Below, in pieces: positions 1 to 7,515 of a DNA stretch of 32,000 bases (within the stretch, counting starts at the first letter, position 1; the number at the start of each line of letters is the position of its first letter). The translations under genes and the position numbers were made by a program. The notes under the pieces are model-generated. The model had not been told where the DNA came from and did no database searches. It saw nothing but the letters and a program-made list of their open reading frames with translations. This DNA is from Planctomycetales bacterium (lineage in GTDB: Bacteria > 4484-113 > JAFGCY01), in NCBI GenBank assembly GCA_022646745.1, contig CP060262.1:1530001-1562000 (forward strand). The letters are read 5' to 3'.

Positions 1-50
1 TATGTGGAGGTCGGCAGGCCGGTGCGCCAGGATGCACCGCTGCCCCTGTC

Positions 51-1463
51 ATGCAGTTCCAGACCCTGATCTTCGCGGTGTTCTTCGTGCTCGTGCTCAG
101 CGCGAACTGGCTGCTGCGCCGCCATGACATGCCGCGCAAGCTGTTGTTGGTGCTGGCGAGCTACTACTTCTATTTCCACCTGAGCTTCACCTGGCTGATG
201 CCGTCGATCCTCGCGGGCTCCTCGTTGCTGAACTACTTCTGCGGTGAGGGTATCTTCAAGGCCCGCGAAGCCGGCAACAAGGGCGCACAGCGCGCCTGGT
301 TCAGGCTCGGCATCTGGGGCAACCTGCTGACGCTTGGCGTCTTCAAGTACTACGGCTTCTTCCAGGAGAACGTGGAGAACGTGCTGGGCAACTTCGGGAT
401 GAGCTCGCACCTGCCGATCCTCGAGATCATGCTGCCTGTGGGCCTGTCCTTCTACACCTTCCAGGGCTTGAGCTACATCATGGACCTCAACCGCGGTAAG
501 GGCGTGCGTGCCAACACCGTGGTGGACTTCCTGCTGTACATCTCCTTCTTCCCGCAGCTGCTGTCCGGCCCGATCTGCCGTCCGAAGGAACTGCTGCCGC
601 AGCTGCATGAGGGCCTGCCGCAAAGCATCCCGGAGCCGAGCCGGGCAGTCTCGCTGATCCTCTCCGGCCTGTTCAAGAACGTGGTGCTCAGCCACTACCT
701 CTACATGCACATCGTCGGGGACGTGTTCCTTGACCCGTCTGACTACTCGGCAGCGTCGCTGTGGGTCGGGATGTTCGCCTATGCCCTGTATATATATGTG
801 GACTTCAGCGGCTACACCGACCTCGCCGTCGGCCTTTCGCTGCTGATGGGCGTCAGCATCCCGCACAACTTCAATCATCCCTACCTGGCAAGTGATGTCT
901 CCAACTTCTGGGGCCGCTGGCACATGACCCTGTCGCGCTGGATCAACGACTACCTCTTCGTGGCACTCGGCGGGCGCGACATCAACAAGCGCTGGACCGC
1001 CCTGTTCTGGGCCTGGGTGCTGTGTGGCCTGTGGCATGGCGCCGCCTGGAACTACATCCTGTGGGGTGCCTATTTCGCCATCGCACTGCTGATCCACCAC
1101 TACCTGCGCAGCGGCATCAAGAAGAAATGGAAGGGCGGCGTGGCCGGCCAGATCGGCACCTTCATCGTGGTCTGCTTCGGCTGGGTGATCTTCGCCTCGC
1201 CGGACCTCGAGACTCTGTGGGCCTATCTCACCGGCCTGTGGCGCTTCAGCGCTCCCGGTGAGGGCTTCGAGGCCTTCGTGCTCGTGGTGCTGGTCCTCGG
1301 TGCCTTCATGCACATCTTCGGCGAACGCATTCGCAATGGCTTCATCCGCCTGCACGACGGAATGCCACCGCTGTTGCGGCCCGTCGCCTGGCTTGCGATC
1401 GGGCTTGTAATCCTCGCCCTCAAGCCCAGCGGTATGTCGCCCAACCTCTACTTCGGATTCTGA
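51..1463 (+). CDS. MBOAT-family membrane O-acyltransferase (AlgI/DltB/PatA-like)
   Basis: 470-aa polytopic ORF. MBOAT signatures in the translation: SFYTFQGLSYIMD, FFPQLLSGPI, NFWGRWHMTLSRWINDYLF (conserved His), GLWHGAAWNY. The acceptor glycan cannot be read from the sequence. Confidence 0.9.
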   Translation: MQFQTLIFAVFFVLVLSANWLLRRHDMPRKLLLVLASYYFYFHLSFTWLMPSILAGSSLLNYFCGEGIFKAREAGNKGAQRAWFRLGIWGNLLTLGVFKYYGFFQENVENVLGNFGMSSHLPILEIMLPVGLSFYTFQGLSYIMDLNRGKGVRANTVVDFLLYISFFPQLLSGPICRPKELLPQLHEGLPQSIPEPSRAVSLILSGLFKNVVLSHYLYMHIVGDVFLDPSDYSAASLWVGMFAYALYIYVDFSGYTDLAVGLSLLMGVSIPHNFNHPYLASDVSNFWGRWHMTLSRWINDYLFVALGGRDINKRWTALFWAWVLCGLWHGAAWNYILWGAYFAIALLIHHYLRSGIKKKWKGGVAGQIGTFIVVCFGWVIFASPDLETLWAYLTGLWRFSAPGEGFEAFVLVVLVLGAFMHIFGERIRNGFIRLHDGMPPLLRPVAWLAIGLVILALKPSGMSPNLYFGF

Positions 1464-1464
1464 T

Positions 1465-1776
1465 ATGCAAGACCAGACACAGACAGGGAACACGCAGGAA
1501 AACGAGCAGGGACGGATGAGCCCGGGCTTCCTGATCGGCAGCTCATGGATGATCCTGATCCTGCTGACCCTGCTGTTCGGCTATGACGTGAACTACGCGG
1601 CCTTCAGCTCCGACAACCCCTATGTGCAGGAGAAGGTGCAGCCCCTGACCGAGAAGCTCAGCAAGCTCTGCGTGGACAGCGGTCTGCGCAAGCTGCGCCA
1701 GGATGTGGAGGGCAAGGTCTACCCGGTCTACGATGATTCCCCGATCTGGGTGGAGATCGAGGAGCCGGAAGACTGA
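1465..1776 (+). CDS. small single-pass membrane protein, translationally coupled to the MBOAT gene
   Basis: ATG lies 1 nt after the MBOAT stop (TGA-T-ATG). One hydrophobic helix (WMILILLTLLFGY). No family recognised. Confidence 0.5.
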   Translation: MQDQTQTGNTQENEQGRMSPGFLIGSSWMILILLTLLFGYDVNYAAFSSDNPYVQEKVQPLTEKLSKLCVDSGLRKLRQDVEGKVYPVYDDSPIWVEIEEPED

Positions 1777-1889
1777 CGCTGTTTTAACGCCATTTGCGCT
1801 TTTCCGATATTGAACGCTGACCGGCGGGAAACGTCCTGACCGGAGTAATCCCACACCAGGGGGCAGCGGTGCACGGATCCGTCCACCGC

Positions 1890-1895
1890 TATAAT
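1890..1895 (+). promoter_or_regulatory. perfect -10 box TATAAT 6 nt upstream of ATG 1902 (leaderless-type promoter)
   Basis: gcTATAATcagcccATG. No Shine-Dalgarno sequence fits in the 6-nt spacer. Confidence 0.55.
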
Positions 1896-1901
1896 CAGCC
1901 C

Positions 1902-2624
1902 ATGTCCATCAACAGAATCAGAATCACGGCCATGGCCCTGCTTGCGGCGGCCTTCATCATCGCCGGCAACCAGCAGGCGCGTGCGGAAACCAAGACCATC
2001 CTGCTGGTCGGCGCGTCCTCGATCGAGGGTACGCTCGGCAAGGAGATCGAGGACCGCCTCGAGAAGGAATACAAGGACGTCAAGATCGTCCGCTGGGGAC
2101 AGCACTCCACCGGCCTGGCCAATCCGGAGCTGCTGGACTGGCACAAGAAGCTCGATGAGCTGCTGAAGGCCAACAAGCCCGACCTGGTCGTGGCCGACCT
2201 TGGTGAGAACGACTGCGCGCCCGTGACTGACTCCAACGGCCCGATCGCCCGCTTCGGCACCTCCGAGTGGGAGAAGGTCTACGACGAGCGCGTGCGCAAG
2301 TTCGTGAAGATGGTCAAGGACAGCGGTGCTGATTCCGTGATGCTCGGCATCCCGACGATGCGCGACCGCAACTTCAGCAGCCAGGTCGAGCAGCTCAATG
2401 GGGTGCTCAAGGGTGCCACAGAGGCAGCCGGCGGATTCTACCTGGATACCTGGGAGTTCACCGCTGACAACAAGGGCAACTACGTCCCGAACCTGGAGTA
2501 CGAGGGCAAGGACCGCATGATCCGTGCCAGCGACGGCGTGCACTTCAGCAAGCACGGCTCCGAGTACATGGCCTTCAAGATCTGCGAGATCCTGGAAAGC
2601 AAGTACGGGCTGCAGCCGAAGTAA
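1902..2624 (+). CDS. exported SGNH/GDSL-family hydrolase/acyltransferase (DUF459-like)
   Basis: The ORF track opens at GTG 1869. I prefer ATG 1902: it follows TATAAT and begins a signal peptide (MSINRIRITAMALLAAAFIIAGNQQARA/E). SGNH blocks present: LLVGASSIEG (block I Ser), DLGENDC (block III), DGVHFS (block V D-x-x-H). Confidence 0.8.
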   Translation: MSINRIRITAMALLAAAFIIAGNQQARAETKTILLVGASSIEGTLGKEIEDRLEKEYKDVKIVRWGQHSTGLANPELLDWHKKLDELLKANKPDLVVADLGENDCAPVTDSNGPIARFGTSEWEKVYDERVRKFVKMVKDSGADSVMLGIPTMRDRNFSSQVEQLNGVLKGATEAAGGFYLDTWEFTADNKGNYVPNLEYEGKDRMIRASDGVHFSKHGSEYMAFKICEILESKYGLQPK

Positions 2625-2661
2625 TCCGCAGCCTGTGGATGTAATTTAAACGTGATTTTAA

Positions 2662-2694
2662 CGGGGATTGCCACGGCGATCCCCGTTTTTTTTA
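2662..2694 (+). terminator. rho-independent terminator after the SGNH gene
   Basis: Stem cggggat (2662-2668) pairs with atccccg (2679-2685), loop 10 nt, followed by TTTTTTTTATTTT. Confidence 0.75.
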
Positions 2695-2700
2695 TTTTCC

Positions 2701-2746
2701 CGTTACAATAACGAACAGTTAACGGTCGATTAACGATTCGTTAACG
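2701..2746. promoter_or_regulatory. array of TAACG/CGTTA half-sites; three TTAACG direct repeats phased at 11 bp
   Basis: TTAACG at 2719-2724, 2730-2735 and 2741-2746. Also CGTTAcaaTAACG (2701-2713), palindrome CGTTAACG (2739-2746), and a further TTAACG at 2658-2663. Confidence 0.4.
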
Positions 2747-2883
2747 GGAGAATTACTAATGGTTAGAAAGGCGTTGATTGTTCTTGGGGTAATTGGGGTC
2801 GTGATCGGGGCAAATGTCCTGCTTTTCGGTCCACTTTACGACATCGTAAACGTGATCCAGTAACTGAGTCACGTCCACTTTCA

Positions 2884-2922
2884 ATGGCCGCCTCACTGCG
2901 AGGGCGGCCATTTAACTTTTCT
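2884..2922 (+). terminator. orphan terminator-like hairpin between an upstream terminator and the next CDS (attenuator or small-transcript end?)
   Basis: atggccgcc (2884-2892) pairs with ggcggccat (2903-2911), plus 2 inner pairs, followed by TTaacTTTTcT. It overlaps the spurious ATG 2884 of the ORF track. Confidence 0.4.
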
Positions 2923-2934
2923 GGGCCGGAGATA

Positions 2935-2940
2935 TATAAT
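2935..2940 (+). promoter_or_regulatory. perfect -10 box TATAAT 6 nt upstream of ATG 2947; TTAACT 17 nt upstream as a weak -35
   Basis: TTAACT(2912-2917)-17 nt-TATAAT-ccatcc-ATG. Confidence 0.5.
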
Positions 2941-2946
2941 CCATCC

Positions 2947-4626
2947 ATGCTGCGTTACCTGGTGCGTGCCTGCACGCTGATCCTCCTGATTGCGGCCCTG
3001 GTGCTGATCGGCGCCGCCGCTCCCTCCGACACCAACGGCCCGGCCTTCCCGCGCCTCGCGATGTGGTTCCCGACCCATCCGAAGGCCAGCATGCTGGACC
3101 GTGCGCGCTTCGATGTGCTGGTTGGCGACTTCGCGACTGGCATCCCGGGGCAACGTGCCACGGGTCGCAAGAGCACCACGAGCTTCGCCTCGGAACTGCG
3201 CAAGGCCAATGGCAGCACGAAGCTCCTGACCTATTACCGCCCGCTGGTGATCCGCCCGAGCTCGCTGTACGAGGGCACCCGCAAGCATAACCCGCTGCTG
3301 AAGAACTGGCCTGACAGCTGGTTCCTGACCGAGGCCGGCAGCACGCTGACCGCCAACATCAGTGCCAACAGCGGCCGCCTGAGCGTGGCTGACTGGCAGC
3401 AAAGCGGCGAGAGCCAGGGCAACAAGCCGAAGAAGTGGGACATCTGGAAGATCGGCCAGGATGTGCAGGTGGACGGCGAGATCATGACGATCACCGCCGT
3501 TGACAAGGACTCAATGAGCATCACCGTCGAGCGCGGCATGAACGGCACCGCCGCCGTGGCGCATACCTCCGGCACCCGCGTGGCCCCGATGGCGCGCTTC
3601 TGGCGCGGCAGCTACATCATGAACATGACCGACTCCAGCGGCAGTGGAAGCGTGGATGGCGGCTCCGGTGAAAAGTACGCGCAGTACGCCTTCCGCATGA
3701 GCCTTGAAGGTGCCAACGAGTGGTTCAGCTACATCGGCGGCGACCAGGACGGCTTCCTGTGGGACATGATGCCTGACAACCTGAGCTGGGTAATGTGGGC
3801 CGAGACCAACAGCCTCGACCTCAACCGTGACAACGTGTCCGACACCTTCGCGAGCATCGACAGCGCCTGGACCAAGGCCCTCAATGACCACAAGGCGATG
3901 TTCAGCGCGCGCTTCCCCGGCAAGGCGATCGTGCGCAACCAGAGCCGCTCGCGGGACTACAACGCCTACAACGGCGAGAGCTTCGTCTCCTTCCCGCACG
4001 ACCAGTGGAACGCCCAGCGCGCCGTCAACACCGACGGCTGGACCCGCTTCTGGCACAACGTGTTCTTCGGTGACCGGGAGGAAGTGCGCGGCGGGATCAC
4101 CGAATTCCAGAAGGGCACCAACCTGCCGAACTACACGCAGATCATCACTGACGACCTCGAAATGGACCTTGACGCCGCCGGCTTTCCTGAGCTGCGCAAC
4201 CCCGACACCGCCACGATCTGGAAGCCCAACTACCGCAAGATGCGCTGGGGCATCTGCTCCGCGCTGCTGTCCGGCAGCTACTACGGCTATGTGATCACCA
4301 CCGACGGCTACGGCCTGCGCGGCATCGAGTGGTTCGATGAATATGACGACGCGGGTGTGGGCCGTGGCTACCTCGGCTTCCCGAAGGGCGAGATCACGAA
4401 GATCGGCAAGAGCGGCCAGAACAAGGACTGGGGCGTCTGGGCCCGCGAATACGACAAGGGCTATGTGATCGTCAACCCGCTGGACAAGGACATGACGGTG
4501 CCGCTGCCGGCCGGTAAGTGGCAACGCATCAAGGGCACGCAGGTGCCGGAGGTGAACAGCGGCGCGATCGAGGAGGGCACGGTGACCGTGCCGAAGTTTG
4601 ATGGGTTAATACTGAAGAGGCTGTAA
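2947..4626 (+). CDS. exported protein of unknown function; weak resemblance to GH114/GHL-type TIM-barrel exopolysaccharide hydrolases
   Basis: Start moved to ATG 2947, which begins a signal/anchor (MLRYLVRACTLILLIAALVLIGAAAPS). The coding call is strong: a 559-aa open frame with consistent composition. The function hint comes only from segments such as ARFDVLVGDF and DQDGFLWDMMPDN. Confidence 0.6.
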   Translation: MLRYLVRACTLILLIAALVLIGAAAPSDTNGPAFPRLAMWFPTHPKASMLDRARFDVLVGDFATGIPGQRATGRKSTTSFASELRKANGSTKLLTYYRPLVIRPSSLYEGTRKHNPLLKNWPDSWFLTEAGSTLTANISANSGRLSVADWQQSGESQGNKPKKWDIWKIGQDVQVDGEIMTITAVDKDSMSITVERGMNGTAAVAHTSGTRVAPMARFWRGSYIMNMTDSSGSGSVDGGSGEKYAQYAFRMSLEGANEWFSYIGGDQDGFLWDMMPDNLSWVMWAETNSLDLNRDNVSDTFASIDSAWTKALNDHKAMFSARFPGKAIVRNQSRSRDYNAYNGESFVSFPHDQWNAQRAVNTDGWTRFWHNVFFGDREEVRGGITEFQKGTNLPNYTQIITDDLEMDLDAAGFPELRNPDTATIWKPNYRKMRWGICSALLSGSYYGYVITTDGYGLRGIEWFDEYDDAGVGRGYLGFPKGEITKIGKSGQNKDWGVWAREYDKGYVIVNPLDKDMTVPLPAGKWQRIKGTQVPEVNSGAIEEGTVTVPKFDGLILKRL

Positions 4627-4632
4627 GCCTCA

Positions 4633-4731
4633 GGTTGCAGGGGGCTGGTTGCTGGTTGCAGAAGTAACCAGTAATGGATTTCAGTCCCGCGAAGCGGGAC
4701 TACTGCAACCTGCAACCTGTAACCAGCAACC
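4633..4731. repeat. 99-nt imperfect palindrome between convergent genes with a central GAA-loop hairpin (probable bidirectional terminator)
   Basis: Arms 4633-4661 and 4703-4731, built of GGTTGCAG/GGTTGCTG units, match in 22 of 29 positions as reverse complements. Inner hairpin agtcccgc-gaa-gcgggact at 4683-4701. Confidence 0.6.
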
Positions 4732-5453
4732 TAGTTCGACTTACTAGGCAGGTACGGAATCAGCCGCAGTGCCAGTTCGCGGATCACCTGGTGCTGCAGC
4801 CAGACCTTGCCCGGCCCGGTCAGCGTTGCCAGCGCCAGTCCCTCACCTGAAAGGAAGATGTTCTTCAGCTTCTTCTGGATTTCGAAGTTGTACTGCACTG
4901 TGTCCTCGAAGGCGGCGATGTGCCCGCTGTCAACCTTGATGGTCTGGCCGGCCTCCAGTTCCACCACGGATAGCTCGCCGTCAATCTCAAGGAACACCGT
5001 GCCCGGCCCGCTCATGCGCTGCAGGAAGAAGCCCTCACCGCCGAGGAAGCCCTTGCCGAGCCCGGTGGTCTCCATCTTGATCGTGCAGCTGTCCTGGCTG
5101 CACAGGAAGCTGCCGCGCTGGGCCACGAGGCTGCGCCCCGGCAGGATGTCGTAGGGCACGATGTGGCCCGGGAAGCTGGAGGCGAAGGCCACGCGCCCGC
5201 TCGACCCTTCAGCCTGGAAGTAGTTCAGGAACACGCTTTCGCCGGAGATCGCGCGGTTCAGCGCGCCGCCCAGCATCCCCATCAGCCCGCCGCCGCTTTC
5301 CGGCATCGAGGTGTCGAGGTCGATGTTCGGGTCCATCCAGATCATCCCGCCGGTCTCGCTCATCACCCGCTGGCCCGGCTGCAGGTGCAGTTCCACGATC
5401 TGGTGGATCGTGCCGCGGATCTCATAGTTCAGTCCAGTTGCGCTGATTGCCAT
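4731..5453 (-). CDS. AIM24 / TIGR00266 (DUF124) family protein
   Basis: Start set at MAISATGLNYEI (ATG complement at 5451-5453). The family pattern runs the full length: IVELHLQPGQRVMSETGGMIWMD, GESVFLNYF, GGEGFFLQRMSGPGTVFLEIDGEL, LSGEGLALATLTGPGKVWLQ. Confidence 0.85.
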   Translation of the reverse strand: MAISATGLNYEIRGTIHQIVELHLQPGQRVMSETGGMIWMDPNIDLDTSMPESGGGLMGMLGGALNRAISGESVFLNYFQAEGSSGRVAFASSFPGHIVPYDILPGRSLVAQRGSFLCSQDSCTIKMETTGLGKGFLGGEGFFLQRMSGPGTVFLEIDGELSVVELEAGQTIKVDSGHIAAFEDTVQYNFEIQKKLKNIFLSGEGLALATLTGPGKVWLQHQVIRELALRLIPYLPSKSN

Positions 5454-5530
5454 TGCCAGCCATCCTTGTCGGCGTCTGCCGTGATGGCCTGATTCTAGCA
5501 GCCCCGCAGGCCCGGCCGGGATACCTTGCC

Positions 5531-5536
5531 TATAAT
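5531..5536 (+). promoter_or_regulatory. perfect -10 box TATAAT 8 nt upstream of ATG 5545
   Basis: gccTATAATcaggtgacATG. No SD sequence in the spacer. Confidence 0.5.
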
Positions 5537-5544
5537 CAGGTGAC

Positions 5545-7437
5545 ATGTCGAACAGCGGGGGTCACACAGTCGGGAGCGGGGCACTGCGCATTGAGTACGG
5601 CCCGCTGCCGCAGGTCCGGCAGGCCACAGACTATGCCGCACTGCTGGAGCAGTTCCGCGCTCCGCTGAGCATTGTGCTGCAAAGCGGCACAATCGTGTCC
5701 TTTGGCAACTCCTTCCCGCTGCTGCAGTTCGCGCTGGATTTCGCCGCCTGGTGCAGCCCGCATGCGTGGTGGCTGTTCGAGCACTACCCGCAGCTGCGTG
5801 ATGAAATGGAGCACCTGCCCGGCGGACTGACGGCACAGGACTTCGCCCTGCTGGACGAGGAAGGTGACCTCATCATCGCGTTCAGCGCTGAGCCGCCGCA
5901 GCTCATCCGCGAGGACCTGTCCGCTGACAACGGGCTGGAACGGATCGAGCTCGGGATTGACAGCGCGGCCCTGCGCGAAATCGGCAGGTCGCTCCTGGTA
6001 CACCTCGCCGCCAGCATCGCGTCCCAGTCCGGCTGGGACATCGCGCCGCTCATCACGCGCAGGCCGCAACGATTTCTCAAGAAGGCTCCTGGCCGCAGTG
6101 TGGCGCGCGAGCTGGACATCCTGAAACTGCTGGACTGGCCGGAGAGCAAGGGCAAGGTGGAGCAGGGGGAGTGGCATGCCGACTGGTGGCTGTACGAACC
6201 ATCCGTTGACATTTCCGGGCCGGATGAGCTGATGCCGGTGATCACCGGCAGCCTTGTGCTGCGCCGCCGGGTGGCGGAGATGGTCCGCCTGCCGGATGTG
6301 CAGCTGCTGGAATTCCTGCACAGCGCACTGGACTGGCTGAGCGATGCCAGCCACCAGAGCATGCGCCTGCATCGGGGCAGCAGTGCCGGCGGACCGGTCT
6401 GGGGCGGTTTCGAACTCGGTGATCCCGCGACGGGCAAGCTGCTTTTGGCAATGCGCCGCCGGGGTAAGCGCATCGAACTGCTGAGCGGGGCCAACCCGGT
6501 GCGTGGCAATGAGGTGCCGGAGAAGGAATTCGGCCTGCTGCTGCTGGAACTGGCAACGCAGCTGGTCCATGAGCTGCATGAACACACCGGCTGGTCTGCC
6601 CTGCCGCTGTTCGCGCGCCAGTCGATTTCGCTCAGGGAGCCCCGCCCGGCCGTGCTGCCGCGCTTCGATCTGCAGAAGCTGGTGCTGGAATGGCCCGGCA
6701 GCCGCAGCATTGCCGGCCGTGAAAAGCGCCTGCCCGCCGCCCAGGTGCCGAACATCCCGATGGAGGTGCTGCTGGAGGGGCCGAACGAGTCCTTCCCGGT
6801 GCAGGGACAGTCCGGCCTCGCACTGCAGGTTGACATCAGCCTGATGGAGCTGACGGCACTGCCCTCCACGCCGGCCGACCTGCAGGAGATGCTGCGCGCC
6901 GGGGTGACCGTCAGCCGCGGCAGCCGCCGCCTGCTGAATGTTGACAACGGTGTGCCACTACTGGACTTCACGCTCAACTGCCTGATCTGGCTCTGCCGCC
7001 ATGACAGCGTCAGCCCGGCCGCCAGCCGCGAGCGCGACCCGCGCCGCCGGGGCCGCCCGGTGGACTTCATCCTCGAATACCCCGGTGAGAATCCGCTGCG
7101 CATCGGCCTGCGCGAGGACCTGGATGGCTACCTGTTCGTGCTGGAGCGCGATGGCCAGCCGGCGGGATCGCACAATGTGGCAATCAGTCGCGGGGAATGC
7201 ATGGTGCTGATGCTGGACATTGCCAGGGCACTGGTGCTGGCGGTGCACCAGCGCTGGGGTTGGGACATCCGCACGCTGTTCGGCCCGCGCAGCTTCTACT
7301 TCAGCGAGCGCGCCCTGCAGCGGGCGGAGAGCATCGGCTACATGAATATCGAGCGCGACGTGAAGGAACTGAGCGACTGGCGCAATGGCATCGCCCGCGA
7401 CCCGGCGGGCTGCCTGTGGAACATCAAACTGTGGTAG
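5545..7437 (+). CDS. 630-aa protein of unknown function made of three divergent ~190-220-aa repeats
   Basis: Each module repeats three motifs. First: PLLQFALDFAAWC / QLLEFLHSALDWL / PLLDFTLNCLIWLC. Second: DLIIAF / KLLLAM / GYLFVL. Third: a helix ending in GWDIAPL (aa 163), GWSALPL (aa 349) and GWDIRTL (aa 572). Confidence 0.8.
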   Translation: MSNSGGHTVGSGALRIEYGPLPQVRQATDYAALLEQFRAPLSIVLQSGTIVSFGNSFPLLQFALDFAAWCSPHAWWLFEHYPQLRDEMEHLPGGLTAQDFALLDEEGDLIIAFSAEPPQLIREDLSADNGLERIELGIDSAALREIGRSLLVHLAASIASQSGWDIAPLITRRPQRFLKKAPGRSVARELDILKLLDWPESKGKVEQGEWHADWWLYEPSVDISGPDELMPVITGSLVLRRRVAEMVRLPDVQLLEFLHSALDWLSDASHQSMRLHRGSSAGGPVWGGFELGDPATGKLLLAMRRRGKRIELLSGANPVRGNEVPEKEFGLLLLELATQLVHELHEHTGWSALPLFARQSISLREPRPAVLPRFDLQKLVLEWPGSRSIAGREKRLPAAQVPNIPMEVLLEGPNESFPVQGQSGLALQVDISLMELTALPSTPADLQEMLRAGVTVSRGSRRLLNVDNGVPLLDFTLNCLIWLCRHDSVSPAASRERDPRRRGRPVDFILEYPGENPLRIGLREDLDGYLFVLERDGQPAGSHNVAISRGECMVLMLDIARALVLAVHQRWGWDIRTLFGPRSFYFSERALQRAESIGYMNIERDVKELSDWRNGIARDPAGCLWNIKLW

Positions 7438-7462
7438 CGGAGGTCAGCTGTAAAGCTGACAA
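7438..7462 (+). repeat. GGAGG + GTAA-tetraloop hairpin + CAA module, 1 nt after the stop codon TAG 7435-7437
   Basis: cGGAGGtcagct-GTAA-agctgaCAA with a 7-bp stem gtcagct/agctgac. An identical 25-nt copy lies at 7568-7592. Confidence 0.8.
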
Positions 7463-7483
7463 GGAGGTCCGGTGTAAGCCGGG
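7463..7483 (+). repeat. second GGAGG + GTAA-loop hairpin module
   Basis: GGAGGtccggt-GTAA-gccggg. The stem sequence differs from the neighbouring module while the loop is conserved. Confidence 0.6.
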
Positions 7484-7515
7484 CCGGGAGATAGAGGAGT
7501 ACACGGAGATTTCAA

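Noticed and set aside
1-50. GGAGGTCGGCAGGCCGG near the window start as a hairpin module or the end of an upstream gene.
   Set aside because: It is too close to the window edge to evaluate. It is only a partial match to the family and no complete stem is visible.
2884-2946. ORF-track start ATG 2884 (MAASLRGRPFNFSGPEIYNPS...) for the 580-aa ORF. The same question applies to GTG 1869 for the SGNH gene, 11015 for ffh, 10434 for kbl, 5546 for AIM24 and 14863 for thyX.
   Set aside because: The upstream extensions overlap hairpins, promoters or neighbouring genes, and they are not part of the conserved family sequence. The internal ATGs coincide with family N-termini or signal peptides, and with TATAAT or SD signals.
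2763-2948. 61-aa minus-strand ORF in the AT-rich spacer.
   Set aside because: It has no SD or promoter context, an Arg/Ser-rich translation, and it overlaps the hairpin and promoter elements. It is more likely non-coding.
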